DNA of 64,000 nucleotides from Escherichia coli (lineage in GTDB: Bacteria > Pseudomonadota > Gammaproteobacteria > Enterobacterales > Enterobacteriaceae), in NCBI RefSeq assembly GCF_003018235.1, contig NZ_CP027437.1; one strand, 5' to 3'. Below are positions 41,571 to 56,772 of this stretch, in pieces. The position numbers and the translations under genes are program-made. Positions within the stretch are counted from its first letter, which is position 1, and the number at the start of each line of letters is the position of its first letter. The notes under the pieces are model-generated. The model worked only from the letters and a program-made list of their open reading frames with translations. It was not told where the DNA came from and ran no database searches.

Positions 41571-42616
41571 TGGAACAGCCCGTGATACCTGTCCGTAATA
41601 TCTATTACATGCTTACCTATGCATGGGGTTATTTACAGGAAATTAAGCAGGCAAACCTTGAAGCCATACCCGGTAACAATCTTCTTGATATCCTGGGGTA
41701 TGTATTAAATAAAGGGGTTTTACAGCTTTCACGCCGAGGGCTTGAGCTTGATTACAATCCTAATACCGAGATCATTCCTGGCATCAAAGGGCGAATAGAG
41801 TTTGCTAAAACAATACGCGGCTTCCATCTTAATCATGGGAAAACCGTCAGTACTTTTGATATGCTTAATGAAGACACGCTGGCTAACCGAATTATAAAAA
41901 GCACATTAGCCATATTAATTAAGCATGAAAAGTTAAATTCAACTATCAGAGATGAAGCTCGTTCACTTTATAGAAAATTACCGGGCATTAGCACTCTTCA
42001 TTTAACTCCGAAGCATTTCAGCTATCTGAACGGCGGAAAAAATACGCGTTATTATAAATTCGTTATCAGTGTCTGCAAGTTCATCGTCAATAATTCTATT
42101 CCAGGTCAAAACAAAGGACATTATCGTTTCTATGAATTTGAAAGAAATGAAAAAGAGATGTCATTACTTTATCAAAATTTTCTTTTTGAATTTTGCCGTC
42201 GTGAATTACCATCTGTAAATACAACTCGCCCACATTTAAAATGGGATGCATCAAGCATATCGGATCAATCACTTAGCTTGTTACCTCGAATGGAAACTGA
42301 CATCACCATTAACTCATCAGGGAAAATACTTATCGTTGATGCCAAATACTATAAAAGCATTTTTTCACGACGAATGGGTACAGAAAAGTTTCATTCTCAA
42401 AATCTATATCAACTGATGAGTTACTTATGGTCGTTAAAGCCTGAAAATGGCGAAAAAACAGGGGGGTTATTAATATACCCACACGTAGACACCTCAGTGA
42501 AACATCGTTATAAAATTAATGGCTTCGATATTGGCTTGTGTACCGTCAATTTAGGTCAGGAATGGCCGTGTATACATCAAGAATTACTCGACATTTTCGG
42601 TGAATATCTCAAATAA
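41570..42616 (+). CDS. mcrC: McrBC endonuclease subunit McrC (PD-(D/E)xK)
   Basis: GTG start overlapping mcrB stop (VEQPVIPVRNIYYMLTYAWG) within ORF 41540..42616. Confidence 0.85.
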   Translation: MEQPVIPVRNIYYMLTYAWGYLQEIKQANLEAIPGNNLLDILGYVLNKGVLQLSRRGLELDYNPNTEIIPGIKGRIEFAKTIRGFHLNHGKTVSTFDMLNEDTLANRIIKSTLAILIKHEKLNSTIRDEARSLYRKLPGISTLHLTPKHFSYLNGGKNTRYYKFVISVCKFIVNNSIPGQNKGHYRFYEFERNEKEMSLLYQNFLFEFCRRELPSVNTTRPHLKWDASSISDQSLSLLPRMETDITINSSGKILIVDAKYYKSIFSRRMGTEKFHSQNLYQLMSYLWSLKPENGEKTGGLLIYPHVDTSVKHRYKINGFDIGLCTVNLGQEWPCIHQELLDIFGEYLK

Positions 42617-42638
42617 GCGGTAAGTTTTATAGAAAATA

Positions 42639-42665
42639 CCGCTCCCGACACCACATCGGGAGCGG
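42639..42665. terminator. Stem-loop between convergent mcrC and the large helicase gene
   Basis: ccgctcccga-caccaca-tcgggagcgg perfect 10-bp stem; T-rich tract on the minus-strand side. Confidence 0.55.
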
Positions 42666-42672
42666 CTCATCA

Positions 42673-45600
42673 TCAGGAGGCGATCACCTCCACCAGCACA
42701 TCCGTTGCCCAACTCTCTTCGCTGTTGGCGACATTCCCTTCCTTGCAGGCCTGAGCCATTTTGACTAACTGGAAAGAAACGTCATCGCGGAAATCAAAGT
42801 AATGCCATTGCGATGCAAAGTTGATGCGCCAGTAGCCCATCCCCTGATCGAAGCGGATCTTCAATACCTGACCATCATCAAAAGTCACCGTCAGTTTACG
42901 ATGGTGAGGGATATCGCGCGGCGAGTCGAACACCGTCAGTTCTACCGGCCTGCCCAGCGCAGCAGCAAACCACTGATCAGCGAAATCCTGAAAATCCGCT
43001 ATGCTCATCCAGTCATGGAAAGGCCGGTTACCGGGGCGATCTTTATCTTTAAATAGCGTATCCAGCGTCACTTCAGCGCCATCGGTCAGCTTTGTTTTTA
43101 GCGGTCTCAAAATTGATCCCAACAACGCCAGCGCAACCGGGTTTTGCAGATAGCGATCGGTATAGTGAACGCCGGTAATTCGCGTGTTATTCATCAGTGA
43201 CTGCGCTTCTTCATGGTCGTTAAACAGCACGTCCCAGAAGCGTTGCCCAAACTGCGACAGTGGTCCATTCAACTGTTTGTGGATCTGAATGTCTTTGACC
43301 CGCTCGACAGCGTTGGCGGCTTTAGCCGGCAGAATAAATTCGTTCAGCTCTACCGTTTTATAGCCGAGACTACGTACCACCAGTTCGTCATTCAGGTGCC
43401 ACTCCGGCCCCGGAATCGTTGCCTGCTGGCTACGAGAGGCCAGCGTCATCACGCGATCGGCAAAGGTGACCTGAGCAACGATCGGTAATTTCAAATCCTG
43501 TTCAACATGGCATAGCCGCACACCCAGCGCAGTAAATTGCGATAGTTCGTGCAACAGGTCCGGGTCATCCACTCCCGCAGGAATAACAAGATCGACCTCG
43601 ACGTTGTCTTTTAGCCGATAGTTCTGAACCGCCGCGCGGAACTGACGTGCGTATAAATCCCACTCATTGGGCGCGCCGGTCATCCACAGGGTGAGCTTTT
43701 CAGCGCCTTCGTTAATCGCCCGGCGAATCGTATCGCCAATGGCGCCAGGGCAGTAGCGGGCATCCGGCAGCGAGAATGTCTCTTCATCCGGTAAACCGAT
43801 GTAATACGTGAAGTCATCGCCAAGCCAGGCCAGCGCCGCTTTGCGATCCAGCAAATCGTGATCGTGGCGAGTCTGGGAATCAAGCAGGCATTCACTACAT
43901 GCAGTCTCACAATGGCGGCAGCCTAACTGTTTCACCATTCCCTGCAATATAGCTTCAATGTGTACCGGTGCGCTGGAGGCAAAACCTGCACCACCGCTGA
44001 TCACATCATAAAGCTGTACGGCTAATACCGATTGCCCATCCTCCAGTCTGACCGGACGTACAGAATAGCCGAGTTCTGCGGCGGAGATACCCAGAACGCC
44101 CGCCAGCGCCTGACGCAGAGCAACCGCCAGAGTCATGGCAACAATCCGCCCCTCCTCTGTGTTATCTGGCAGATACTCGCCGTTTTGCGGTTTGCGCAGA
44201 ATCATTTCAAAGACATCGGTGCGCGCCAGTGCGCCCAGGGTGACGTTCTTCATGAGTGCCGTCGAACCGGGGCAAATCAGACGATGATTCTGGCTGTCGC
44301 GATCCGCTTTACCCGGACGCGGTGGATAGTGAGCTTCCATGCTTTTCGGCGCATCATTTTCATTCAGCATCGACTCAGCACGGCCACAGCTCAGACACAA
44401 TGCATAACCGTGTCCACCTTCCCCCAAACTTTGCTGGAAAACATGCCCATCAGCCCCAGAAGCCATATAACCCATTAGCGGGTTAGGCAACGGTACGGGC
44501 TCTGCTTTAACAAAGACCCACGCGGGGACAACCGGGACGAATTTCATGGTTTCAATATTGTTCGTTACCGGAGCGTGTGCATCGGTGACAAACCCGGCAG
44601 GCTGCAGCACCTGACGGCGATTATCCATGATTATTTTTTCGCCGCAGGCGCTATTGGAGCAAAAGAGCATCCCGGAACTGCTCATCCCCTCTTCATAGCC
44701 AATGGTCCCGCATTTGTGACAGCGCCAGGCGCAATCCAGACGCTGGGCTTCATTGGTATCAGCATTAATGTTGTGCCAGTGCAGTGAGACACCGGCAGAG
44801 CGGAAGACACGGCCATCAAGAATGATCTCTGCTCCCGGTGCATATTCACGAATGGCAACACCGAGGTTACGGGAAGGTAATCCTTTATAACGGGAGACGT
44901 TATCTTCACGGTCCTTTTTATCACGACTTTTTTGCGATTTTTCGCGGATATAATCTTCCATTGTGAAGTTATCAAACGTCACTACATCTGTCGGGAAACC
45001 GTATCCCGGCAAGAAGGTTCTGGCAGCTAGATCGCGCAGCAGATACTCGCCACAGTGCCGTTTCTTCTCCAGCTCTATGCGCTTACGATAAGGCGTTTGC
45101 GGCTGCGACTCACGCTCCTGTGTCACGAGATCGCGATAAACGGAGAGCCACCGCTGCTGCAGGAAGGTGATCGCGTTGATTGTTTTATCCCGCAGATATT
45201 CGGCTCTTGCACCATGCAACGCCGTACCTTTCACCAGCCGTTCCAGCGCCGTGTCGATATCAAGAACAGGGCGTTCCAGCCAGACTTTGAAGCGTTCGCA
45301 TTTTGACTGCCCGTCATCTTCACCGAAAAACCAGAGGCTATCGAGGCTGGTTTTCTCTTTATCGGTTTCGCCAATAACGTTACATAAAAAGTCGGACAGT
45401 AATAATGCATTGACGTGACGTTGCACCAGTCGGGCGGAGTTCATCGCGACCATGGGTGCCGGGATCATGGTTTCAAATGGCCAGAGCGGGTTGGCAAAAA
45501 CCTGCTGGTCGTGTGGGTTACCTTTACATAGGGTGTAAGAGATCGCACGTGATTCTTTACTACGCCCGGCTCGCCCGGCGCGCTGTAAATAGTTGGCCGG

Positions 45601-48600
45601 ATGTGGCGGTACGTTGTTCATTACCACCGCAGTAATGCCCCCGATATCAACCCCCATTTCCATGGTGGTGGAACAGTTGAGAACATTTAGTTGCCCATTC
45701 TTGAACATCTTTTCATAGCTTTGCAGACGTTCTGACGACTGCTGGGCAGAGTGCTCGGCAGTGCGATAGTAGAAACCGCCTTCCACGACACGATCGTTGA
45801 TGTCTGTCCAGACGTTTTCCGACCGCAATTGTGCGATCAGCGGATCATTGCTGACCCAGTCGCGTGCTTTTGCCAGACCCTCTGCGTAGTCTTCCTGTGA
45901 ACGATCCAGCTTCCAGATTTCCGGCATGGTGACTTTCTGCGCGACAAAAGTGTCATATTGCGCCTGGGTAAGATGCTCGAACGAAATATGGGTAGGCAGA
46001 TAAGGGGTTAAGCCTTTAAAAGCCGTATCCAGGATTTTATTGGTTACCGGGCAAATCCAGGCATCCGTGATTAATGAAAAAGTCATATGCTCTTTCGGTA
46101 AATAAAAACGGTTGCCATCGGGTTTCAGTACTGCAAGCGGTCCGGTAAGTTGGGCCCATGCTTCTTTCAGCCATGTATTGATAATATCAATAGTCGCCGT
46201 ATTGACGGTTTTGAATCCAGCCCCCAGCATCAGTAACTTCGCTAAACGATGGGATACGTTGCCATTACGAATTTGAGGCCAGCGTCTGTTCTGATTATCT
46301 TCAGGATCTTTTGATTCCGGGTTACGGACGAATTTTGATGAAAAACGGCTACCGATCCAGTTTTTCAGCTCATCATCCAGCTGTGTGAAGTTGCTCTCAC
46401 GAACGTAATGATCCAGCGTAACTTTGAGAAAATCGCGCCAGTCATCCAGCGTTAATCCTTTTTCCTGCCAGTGCAGAGGGATCTTATGTATTTTCTCCAG
46501 CCCCAGGTAACCAACCTGAACCAGCCCTTGTGTTTCCAGGCTGTTAGTCCGTTTAGGGCGACGCATGAATTCCCGGAATAACAACATTTCCGAAAGCTTT
46601 AGAGGCCCGCCGTTTTCATTAAACACTTCAGGCTTAAGATAATGGTTATATTGCAGAACCGGGCCACGGATATCGGCTCTCTCTTTAAGCTCGTTAACCA
46701 TTTCTGTCCAGGTTCGGGATACCAGAGTAATTGCAGCTTTTCCACCGATTGCAGACTGGTAAGCCTGTTCAAGCTGCTCGGCCTGCGCTTCTGATAATTT
46801 CGCTTGATCCGGCAATCCCCAGCTTCGATATTCTTCTGCCTGCTCACGGGCTTGCTTTACCCTGGTCGCTAATTTTTCCAGATCGGCATTAGCGTTCGGC
46901 GCCGTGGGCGTTTGCGTTCGTTGATGCCAGCTCAGAATTTCGACTACGCTTCCGCGTAAGCGACTACGTTCTGCTTCTTGCTGCATACGCACCGCCATCC
47001 GGGCTGTCCCTTGTCGACTATCCGTAAAGGTAATGAGTCGACGTCCTCGCCCTGGCAACGAATCTGGTCCGACGCCCTCTTTGCCTTCATCACTGGCAAA
47101 GTCCTGACAATACTCAAGAACGGTGGGAACGATATTAGTAACGTAAAATGGCCCACCTAATAGTGCACGCCGGAAGGGCTGTTTCCCGCTCATGCCTCTG
47201 AAGCCACAGCCGCTGGCGCTACAAACCTGTTCAATATCATTAATAATCAGCGGAATGCTGTCATTATTAATAACGCCAATACGGCGCGTCTGACGGTCGA
47301 GGCGTTGTAGGGTATAGCCTGTCTCGCTGGTCTCTCCTGCGGCAATAATCAACGGAGGCTGGAAACCGTTCTCTTTTTCGACTTTTTCCTCTGTAGTGTC
47401 ATGTTCAACAGGTACTTCATCCTGCAAGGAGAACTCATCGCCACCTTTATTTTCCCATTGGACAAGTTTGCCCTTTTTGTCCTGCGCCAGAAGATGAGGC
47501 TCATTACAATCATTACAGAACGCCACTTCGTAGACAGGGCTTCCACAGTCGCAATTTTGTCGCTGGTTCACATACACATAGCCAAAGGGCCAGCCTTTTT
47601 CGAGCGGTGTACCGTGCTTTAATCTGCAATCTTTATCAACACAAGCCCATATTCCCTGGGTATTACGCTGGAAGATATGCGCCCTGACTTTAAGAAATGC
47701 GGGATCCTTTGCATTAGGTTGAGTCCCTGAACAGACATCGATCCAACGCAGTACTTCCTGCTGGCTGTAATGCTGTTTTGTCAGCGCATTTAACCGCTGC
47801 GTCATCTCATCCAGTTTCATTGGATTAGGTTGGCTAACCAACATTTCACGTATGTAACGCGCTTCGGGGGAGTGCGTAAGCGCATAAAAGCGCTCAGGAC
47901 TTATCCCTTTAATTTTATTATCATTTTTATCTTTTAGATCCAGATCAGGTATTTGCTCTATTTCGTCTAACGGAACAGAAACGTTTTTGGATGGTTCCAG
48001 TTCAGGAATCACCCGACTTCCGTCCAGAACATCGATGCGCTCCTGCGGGATACCGGATAATTCAGAGAGAAATTTTTTCAGCTGCTTTTCAGCGTCGCTG
48101 CCGGCAATGGTCGCAGAGGTCGCTACAAAGCGCACGTCATCTGGTGTCACGCCAAACGCTGTCATCACACGACGCAGCTGGAGCGCCAGTTCAGCGGCCT
48201 GCGACCCGACATAGGTATGCGCTTCATCCAGTACAATCCAGCGTAGTGATTTTTGTGCTTTAGATTGCTGGATAATCGGGGCGTCGACCTGGCGAACCAT
48301 CATATATTCCAGCATCGTGCCGTTGGTCACCAGAATCGGCGCAGGTTCTTCACGCATTTTTTCGCGCGAGAGCACCTCATTCGGCCTTTTTGCCTGTTCA
48401 CTTTTTACCGAAGCGTGTAGGTTTTCGGTGTTGCCGTTGTAAAGGCAGTAGCGAATCCCAGTACCAAAACCACGCGTCCAGGCATCCAGACGCTCGCGCT
48501 GTGAATTAATCAAGGCGTTCAATGGATAGAGAAAAAGGGCTCGGACACCAACCAACGGATTGTTGCCATTTTCATGCAGTTCCCGGTAAAGATCTTCCAG

Positions 48601-49017
48601 CACCGGAACCATAAAACATTCCGTTTTACCTGAACCCGTACCACTGGTTACCACCACTGAATGTTTCTTTTCCAGCAAAGCTTTCCAACTGGCTAACTGG
48701 TGTGTAAAAGGCTTCCAGTCAGCACCAAATCGGTACCGGCCATTACTCTGATTATCCAGTGAATCAACCACTGCTTTGCTCAACAATGCGTTGCCTTCCG
48801 TCAGGCTGCGCATCGTGTGATTTGACTCCTTCCATCCAAACATTTGCTGGAATACCGGAGAAGCAAGGAATGAGCCCGGTTTCCCACAATCAGCCCCCAT
48901 TTGTTGCGCGAGATGTTCACGCAGCTGCGGGTTGGTAACGCCCATGATACTGAGCGTTGCTTCAGTTGAACGAGACAACGATTGTTCAATAAGTGACGAA
49001 AAATAGCGTGTAGTCAT
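42673..49017 (-). CDS. Giant (2114 aa) DEAD/DEAH-box SF2 helicase with zinc-ribbon/DUF1998-like cysteine clusters; candidate DruE-like effector of a Druantia type III-like defence module
   Basis: Single uninterrupted ORF; Walker [15 protein letters not shown] box VLDEAHTY, motif [11 protein letters not shown]; Cys clusters [42 protein letters not shown]; family assignment is by pattern recognition. Confidence 0.7.
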   Translation of the reverse strand: MTTRYFSSLIEQSLSRSTEATLSIMGVTNPQLREHLAQQMGADCGKPGSFLASPVFQQMFGWKESNHTMRSLTEGNALLSKAVVDSLDNQSNGRYRFGADWKPFTHQLASWKALLEKKHSVVVTSGTGSGKTECFMVPVLEDLYRELHENGNNPLVGVRALFLYPLNALINSQRERLDAWTRGFGTGIRYCLYNGNTENLHASVKSEQAKRPNEVLSREKMREEPAPILVTNGTMLEYMMVRQVDAPIIQQSKAQKSLRWIVLDEAHTYVGSQAAELALQLRRVMTAFGVTPDDVRFVATSATIAGSDAEKQLKKFLSELSGIPQERIDVLDGSRVIPELEPSKNVSVPLDEIEQIPDLDLKDKNDNKIKGISPERFYALTHSPEARYIREMLVSQPNPMKLDEMTQRLNALTKQHYSQQEVLRWIDVCSGTQPNAKDPAFLKVRAHIFQRNTQGIWACVDKDCRLKHGTPLEKGWPFGYVYVNQRQNCDCGSPVYEVAFCNDCNEPHLLAQDKKGKLVQWENKGGDEFSLQDEVPVEHDTTEEKVEKENGFQPPLIIAAGETSETGYTLQRLDRQTRRIGVINNDSIPLIINDIEQVCSASGCGFRGMSGKQPFRRALLGGPFYVTNIVPTVLEYCQDFASDEGKEGVGPDSLPGRGRRLITFTDSRQGTARMAVRMQQEAERSRLRGSVVEILSWHQRTQTPTAPNANADLEKLATRVKQAREQAEEYRSWGLPDQAKLSEAQAEQLEQAYQSAIGGKAAITLVSRTWTEMVNELKERADIRGPVLQYNHYLKPEVFNENGGPLKLSEMLLFREFMRRPKRTNSLETQGLVQVGYLGLEKIHKIPLHWQEKGLTLDDWRDFLKVTLDHYVRESNFTQLDDELKNWIGSRFSSKFVRNPESKDPEDNQNRRWPQIRNGNVSHRLAKLLMLGAGFKTVNTATIDIINTWLKEAWAQLTGPLAVLKPDGNRFYLPKEHMTFSLITDAWICPVTNKILDTAFKGLTPYLPTHISFEHLTQAQYDTFVAQKVTMPEIWKLDRSQEDYAEGLAKARDWVSNDPLIAQLRSENVWTDINDRVVEGGFYYRTAEHSAQQSSERLQSYEKMFKNGQLNVLNCSTTMEMGVDIGGITAVVMNNVPPHPANYLQRAGRAGRSKESRAISYTLCKGNPHDQQVFANPLWPFETMIPAPMVAMNSARLVQRHVNALLLSDFLCNVIGETDKEKTSLDSLWFFGEDDGQSKCERFKVWLERPVLDIDTALERLVKGTALHGARAEYLRDKTINAITFLQQRWLSVYRDLVTQERESQPQTPYRKRIELEKKRHCGEYLLRDLAARTFLPGYGFPTDVVTFDNFTMEDYIREKSQKSRDKKDREDNVSRYKGLPSRNLGVAIREYAPGAEIILDGRVFRSAGVSLHWHNINADTNEAQRLDCAWRCHKCGTIGYEEGMSSSGMLFCSNSACGEKIIMDNRRQVLQPAGFVTDAHAPVTNNIETMKFVPVVPAWVFVKAEPVPLPNPLMGYMASGADGHVFQQSLGEGGHGYALCLSCGRAESMLNENDAPKSMEAHYPPRPGKADRDSQNHRLICPGSTALMKNVTLGALARTDVFEMILRKPQNGEYLPDNTEEGRIVAMTLAVALRQALAGVLGISAAELGYSVRPVRLEDGQSVLAVQLYDVISGGAGFASSAPVHIEAILQGMVKQLGCRHCETACSECLLDSQTRHDHDLLDRKAALAWLGDDFTYYIGLPDEETFSLPDARYCPGAIGDTIRRAINEGAEKLTLWMTGAPNEWDLYARQFRAAVQNYRLKDNVEVDLVIPAGVDDPDLLHELSQFTALGVRLCHVEQDLKLPIVAQVTFADRVMTLASRSQQATIPGPEWHLNDELVVRSLGYKTVELNEFILPAKAANAVERVKDIQIHKQLNGPLSQFGQRFWDVLFNDHEEAQSLMNNTRITGVHYTDRYLQNPVALALLGSILRPLKTKLTDGAEVTLDTLFKDKDRPGNRPFHDWMSIADFQDFADQWFAAALGRPVELTVFDSPRDIPHHRKLTVTFDDGQVLKIRFDQGMGYWRINFASQWHYFDFRDDVSFQLVKMAQACKEGNVANSEESWATDVLVEVIAS

Positions 49018-50818
49018 CCTTATTCCTTTTTATTTTTTAGCAACATAACGCAACAGGCTGCACTGAAAGATGGTCTTAAACCAGCGGGAATCGAAGTCCC
49101 TGACTTACCTCAGGAAAAATACGGCACCGGGTTTACGGTCAAATACAGCTTCAAAAGAAGTATTTCCGCTTGCCACAGCTGCAGCGAAGACGGGTAACCA
49201 GGCCACGGAATAGCGGTGATTTGCGTCAGGATTAATACCAATCACTGGATTTTTTTGTGACATCATCCATTTATACAGACGCTTGCAGCCATATTCAGGC
49301 CAGCGAGCTTCACTGTGCTCACGTAAAAGCTCCTGATACCACCCGTGGACACAAGATTCAGGAATAGACGGAGGGAGATATCCGTTACTTAACCATTTCT
49401 CAATTTCATCGGCATATGTCGGGAACACGAGCCCCAGCCGTTGAAACATATTAGTAACCAGTAATTTCTGGGTTTCCTCCGGTGCACCTTTTTGGCTCAG
49501 GAACAATTTGAAACGCTCAGATGCAGCTTTGATCTCAAAGATGGGGAAAAACTCCCATAGAATAGGGAACTCATTCTCAATACGACTCAGGTACTCTGCT
49601 GACATTTCAAATTTGAAGAGCGACATCGCCAATGCCTGCGGATGCTGCACTAGTGCACGCCATACTTCAAAGGTTGCCAGCGGTAAATAACCAAATTGAT
49701 CGTACAGGCTACGCATAAATTGCCAGCCGGAATGGGCAGGATCGTTAGCCATCTGTCCGAGAACCAGTGTGATGGTATTAACTTCTGCCTGTGGATTAAA
49801 AAGCTGGGTCGCTTTCTGCAATGAGCGGATGTTGCTTTCTTCTACCGGTAACGAAGATTCGCCACGAATGAAGCAGGGGCGAAAAGCCATCTCCTCACCC
49901 GGTTTAGGAACAACCAACCATGGCCCATTTTTGTTAACGATTGAGCTCAACTCATATTCACCGACAGGCACTCCCTCGCTCATTCTTGATGCTAAGGGGA
50001 TGGATTTCCTCTCGGGTTCACTTAACAGCATGATAACGGGGGAAGGAATCTGCCCAGCACGATGGTTCACTGACTGGCTGAGTAATAGTTCTTTTTCATA
50101 ATCATAGCGCAGGCTGTATTTATAGCGACGAATTTGCCAGGCCATGACCACACCTGCCCCCGTAATACGCATCTCAACAACCTGATCAATACCTGCCTCA
50201 AGTGAAATCAGGTTCTCAATATGTTCGCGCAGACTATAGAGATTCAATTCAACAGGACGATCGCTCAACGCCGTATAACACCATTCATGCCATGCCTGTA
50301 ATCCACTAACGGAGCGCAAATACAACTGCAATGTATATTTTGTCGGCTCACCATTTCTGGAGAACAGAAACGCTCTGGAACCCAGCAGATCATGCAGCGT
50401 AATGTTTTTATCCAGAGGACGTCCGTTTACATCAAGAGCGAGACAGCCTTTAGCGGGAAAAGGTAACTCAATGTCGATGGGGTCAGCCGCCAAATTAGGC
50501 AGAACTTGTAATGTAATAAATGCCGGAGGTACCCCTTCCGCTTTAAGTTGTATCTCTGTTCGCCCCTCAGTACGCTTACGTGTAGCCTCCAATGTTTTAT
50601 CTTTAAGTTTTGCTACACAAGGATGCTGTGTGGTGATTAAGATAGTGCCTTCATTTGCGTGCATTCCACCTTTTATCTCAATACTGAAATCAGCAGGCAA
50701 GATACCGATTTTGCGACGCAAGAGCGTTTCATTGTTACTATTACGGATAGAAAGATATTGAGCCCCCAGCATCTCTTGTATATGACATTGCTCAATTGAA
50801 ATTCCGCTCAGGTAACGC

Positions 50819-50823
50819 GTTAC
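50819..50823. repeat. Target-site duplication GTTAC (left copy)
   Basis: Identical 5-mer directly flanks both IS termini. Confidence 0.8.
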
Positions 50824-52777
<1,954 letters not shown>

Positions 52778-52782
52778 GTTAC
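52778..52782. repeat. Target-site duplication GTTAC (right copy)
   Basis: Identical 5-mer directly flanks both IS termini. Confidence 0.8.
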
Positions 52783-54776
52783 ATCAATGCTTTGAATATC
52801 CGGTAGTGTAGAAATGACTTTTGGTACACCAATAAATGTTTCATCTGGATGACAAACCCAGCTTGCACGCTTTCCATTTAGAGCAAACCTTCCGATGCTG
52901 ATTTGTTCTCTTCCGGTGCGAATCCGATAAGTTTCATTTGCTGTAACTGTAACGTCCTGACATCCCTTCACAGGTAGTGCTTTTAGTCCTAATACGTTTA
53001 CTGCGCTCGATTGGCCATCAAAACCAGCAACATTGCTATTATCCCGAGGGAGTACAATCAGAACATCGCTGCTTCGCACACTGCAAGAAGCCTGTCCCTG
53101 TAACAGCCATTGATCTGCATCAACGATGAAGGTTAACGGCACCTCACCAATGGCAATTTCACTGTCATCAAGTTTAATGCTCCCAACAATCATCCCTCCA
53201 GCACGAGCCACTAATGACAAACCTGCCGATGGATTTTGCCTGACAAATCTCACTTCGCTTTTACGTAATCGAACTGTTGCCTGTCTGTTTTCCAGGGAAG
53301 CATAGGCTGGCCCAAGGCCAGAGACTTCCTCACCATCTTCACAAATGGCAAGTTCAAAGCGCGTAGTTGACGGCTCGCTTGTTACAGGAAAGGAAACTTC
53401 GTCCGGAAGAGATACTATCACCCTAAGCTCATCTGGATGCTTTTCTGACCAATAGAATTGGCAACGCGTACTCTTATTTTTTTGTAGTCGAGGCTTAGCC
53501 TCTACAGAGGCTGCGCATAGCAGTCCATTCAAAAAATGCGTTCCTGTTTCATCATCTAACGGTATTGGAAACTCGCTTCGCCAGGTAGGGTGAACCTTCT
53601 CAAGCTGTTGTACTGGTTCTTTGTGATTTATTAGGTTGTGAGTAAGTACTAAGGAATTGAGGTTATCAGCCATATGACTGATAAGTTCTACAGAGGTATC
53701 TTCGCTAAAAACAGTTGGCAGCGCTGATTTTTCTATGACAGCTCTTGCCAGCGAAAGGGCAGAAAAACCTGACTGCTTTGCTTGCTCATATTGTCCAAGG
53801 ATCCTGGAGAAAACAGCCAGAAAGCGACTGTCTGATTCTTTGAGTAGCCGGAAAGGTAAACCACCTTCACTGAATAATGTTCCGAGAAAATTGCGTCGTT
53901 CAGATTCATAAAATCGAATTGGGCGCAGCCAGTAATCTTCCATCCCTTTCGGTACGATAGTACCAAGCTCTGTGGCGGTGAATGAAATCCCTATTTTTTA
54001 TATATAGGGTCCCACGTCCATCCGCATTGCCGTTCATAATCCCTGCGGTACCACTCAGAGCAAAAAAGAACAAAACAGGCAGCAAAGTCCCTATTACATA
54101 TATTAGATTGTGATTGACCGACCGCACGGAGTAGCTGCGTTAATTGGGTATATTCATCATTGGTTGCATGATATTCATAAAGAGGACGGCCATCCGGTTG
54201 TCTCAACCCTCTAAGATTCACAAAGTTACTTAGCCAGGAAGTACATTTTACCCATGAAATGTATTCTGATTGACCCAAAGCAAGCTCCTTAGAGATAAAA
54301 GATACAAAAACAAAACCCCACAACACTTCTAATTTGAAAGAAAACTTTTCAAAATATCGTATAATTAATCAGGCGGCAACAACTAATTTTTCATGTCGGT
54401 ACTATAAATTAATTTTAGATAAAAATGATATCAACCATCTATTAATCACAACTCATTTATCACCTGGTTTTATAATTTCAAATGAAAATAAATCTCAAAC
54501 AATCAAAAAGTATGCAGTAGCTAACATTTAACTTTCCAGGATATAAAACAATTAGAGAAACTGCACAATAGCGAATAATGAAAGTTGTAAAGTCAGTCAA
54601 AAAACACAAGCAATCAGTGTGCGTTTTTTGACCGTTATCGACATGAGTTTAAAGAGTTTAGTGAAGAAGATATTCCTGTACACTCCATACCTATTGATGA
54701 ATTGTCTCGGGAAAATTTTTATAACTTAATTTAAAAACATAAAAACGTTTTATTATATATAAATCTATAACCCCCA

Positions 54777-54941
54777 TCACTCCACATCCTCCCTGCGTAA
54801 CCCAATATCCCTCAACCGCTCATCACTCATCTGCTGTAACACTCGTCGGGTCTGCATTTGCCGCCGCCAACGCCTCATCACCTGCCAGAGTTGCACAAGT
54901 CCAATAAACGGTGCTTTAGCTTTGTTTTCGTGAAATTCCAT
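54777..54941 (-). CDS. yjiS: DUF1127-family small protein (54 aa), not in supplied ORF track because under 60 aa
   Basis: Hand translation: MEFHENKAKAPFIGLVQLWQVMRRWRRQMQTRRVLQQMSDERLRDIGLRREDVE; GAGGAGG RBS 6-8 nt upstream. Confidence 0.8.
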   Translation of the reverse strand: MEFHENKAKAPFIGLVQLWQVMRRWRRQMQTRRVLQQMSDERLRDIGLRREDVE

Positions 54942-55117
54942 CTGCTGCCTCCTCATCTTTCAGAGGCTTCATCATCCGTCTTCTGGCAGTTCACAATACA
55001 GATGCAAATATTAGTTTTATTTAACATACAGACAGGTTAAAACAGCATCTGCATCCGGTTTTTTAGCCTCATCTGTACCGGTTTTTCTCTCTGTATGGTC
55101 CAAATAAGGAACACAGC

Positions 55118-56530
55118 ATGACGCGTTATCAACATCTGGCGACTCTACTTGCCGAGCGGATTGAGCAGGGGCTGTATCGTCACGGGGAGAAATTGCCGTC
55201 GGTGCGCAGCTTAAGTCAGGAGCACGGCGTCAGCATCAGCACCGTGCAGCAGGCGTATCAGACGCTGGAGACGATGAAGCTCATCACCCCACAGCCGCGT
55301 TCGGGTTATTTTGTCGCACAACGTAAAGCCCAGCCGCCAGTACCGCCGATGACGCGCCCGGTGCAGCGCCCGGTGGAAATTACCCAGTGGGATCAGGTGC
55401 TGGATATGCTGGAGGCGCATAGCGACAGTTCCATTGTTCCGTTAAGTAAAAGCACGCCGGATGTCGAAACGCCCAGCCTGAAACCGCTGTGGCGGGAGCT
55501 AAGCCGGGTGGTGCAGCATAATCTGCAAACCGTTCTCGGTTATGACTTGTTAGCCGGTCAGCGAGTGTTGCGAGAGCAGATTGCCCGCCTGATGCTCGAC
55601 AGCGGCTCGGTGGTCACTGCCGATGACATCATCATCACCAGCGGCTGCCATAACTCGATGTCGCTGGCGTTAATGGCGGTGTGTAAACCGGGCGATATTG
55701 TCGCGGTCGAATCCCCCTGTTATTACGGTTCGATGCAGATGCTGCGTGGCATGGGCGTGAAAGTGATTGAAATCCCAACCGATCCAGAAACAGGCATCAG
55801 CGTTGAAGCGCTGGAACTGGCGCTGGAACAGTGGCCGATTAAAGGCATCATTCTGGTGCCAAACTGTAATAATCCGCTGGGATTTATTATGCCGGACGCG
55901 CGCAAACGGGCCGTTCTCTCTCTCGCTCAGCGTCATGATATTGTGATTTTTGAAGATGATGTCTACGGCGAACTGGCAACGGAGTATCCGCGCCCGCGGA
56001 CCATTCATTCCTGGGATATCGACGGGCGAGTGCTGTTGTGCAGCTCATTCAGTAAAAGTATTGCACCTGGCCTGCGCGTGGGTTGGGTCGCACCGGGGCG
56101 TTATCACGATAAACTGATGCATATGAAATACGCCATCAGCAGCTTTAATGTACCGTCCACGCAAATGGCGGCGGCAACGTTTGTGCTGGAAGGTCACTAT
56201 CATCGCCATATCCGGCGGATGCGGCAGATCTATCAGCGCAATTTGGCGCTTTATACCTGCTGGATACGGGAATATTTTCCATGCGAAATCTGTATTACGC
56301 GCCCGAAAGGCGGATTTTTACTGTGGATAGAATTGCCTGAACAGGTCGATATGGTCTGCGTCGCGCGGCAGCTGTACCGCATGAAAATCCAGGTGGCGGC
56401 AGGCTCGATTTTCTCAGCTTCCGGCAAATACCGTAATTGTCTGCGCATCAACTGCGCTTTGCCGCTCAGCGAAACCTATCGCGAAGCACTGAAGCAAATT
56501 GGCGAGGCCGTGTATCGGGCAATGGAATAA
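55118..56530 (+). CDS. yjiR: MocR-type regulator (GntR HTH fused to PLP-dependent aminotransferase-like domain)
   Basis: 470-aa ORF; N-terminal GntR HTH (LPSVRSLSQEHGVSISTVQQAY), C-terminal aminotransferase fold with SFSKS lysine motif. Confidence 0.85.
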   Translation: MTRYQHLATLLAERIEQGLYRHGEKLPSVRSLSQEHGVSISTVQQAYQTLETMKLITPQPRSGYFVAQRKAQPPVPPMTRPVQRPVEITQWDQVLDMLEAHSDSSIVPLSKSTPDVETPSLKPLWRELSRVVQHNLQTVLGYDLLAGQRVLREQIARLMLDSGSVVTADDIIITSGCHNSMSLALMAVCKPGDIVAVESPCYYGSMQMLRGMGVKVIEIPTDPETGISVEALELALEQWPIKGIILVPNCNNPLGFIMPDARKRAVLSLAQRHDIVIFEDDVYGELATEYPRPRTIHSWDIDGRVLLCSSFSKSIAPGLRVGWVAPGRYHDKLMHMKYAISSFNVPSTQMAAATFVLEGHYHRHIRRMRQIYQRNLALYTCWIREYFPCEICITRPKGGFLLWIELPEQVDMVCVARQLYRMKIQVAAGSIFSASGKYRNCLRINCALPLSETYREALKQIGEAVYRAME

Positions 56531-56644
56531 ATTCGAATTAGTGCCGAGCCCCCTGATTTACTCTCACGAATCGCCTGTAACTCGTTTTATCTTTATAGCG
56601 ACATCGCCACGTTCCGGCATGGCTTAGGCAAAATGCGCTTCGTT

Positions 56645-56748
56645 CATGCCAGATGCCATGTGAACGCCTTACCAGGTCTACAAAATCTTTAAAGTTCAAT
56701 ATATTTAATGGGTTATGTAGACCTGATAAGCGTAGCGCATCAGGCTGC
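56645..56748. repeat. Pair of inverted REP elements (BIME-like) between yjiR and rpnD
   Basis: gccagatgccatgtgaacgccttaccaggtctac and inverted gtagacctgataagcgtagcgcatcaggc. Confidence 0.6.
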
Positions 56749-56772
56749 TTTGCGTTTGTCATCCGTCTCTGA

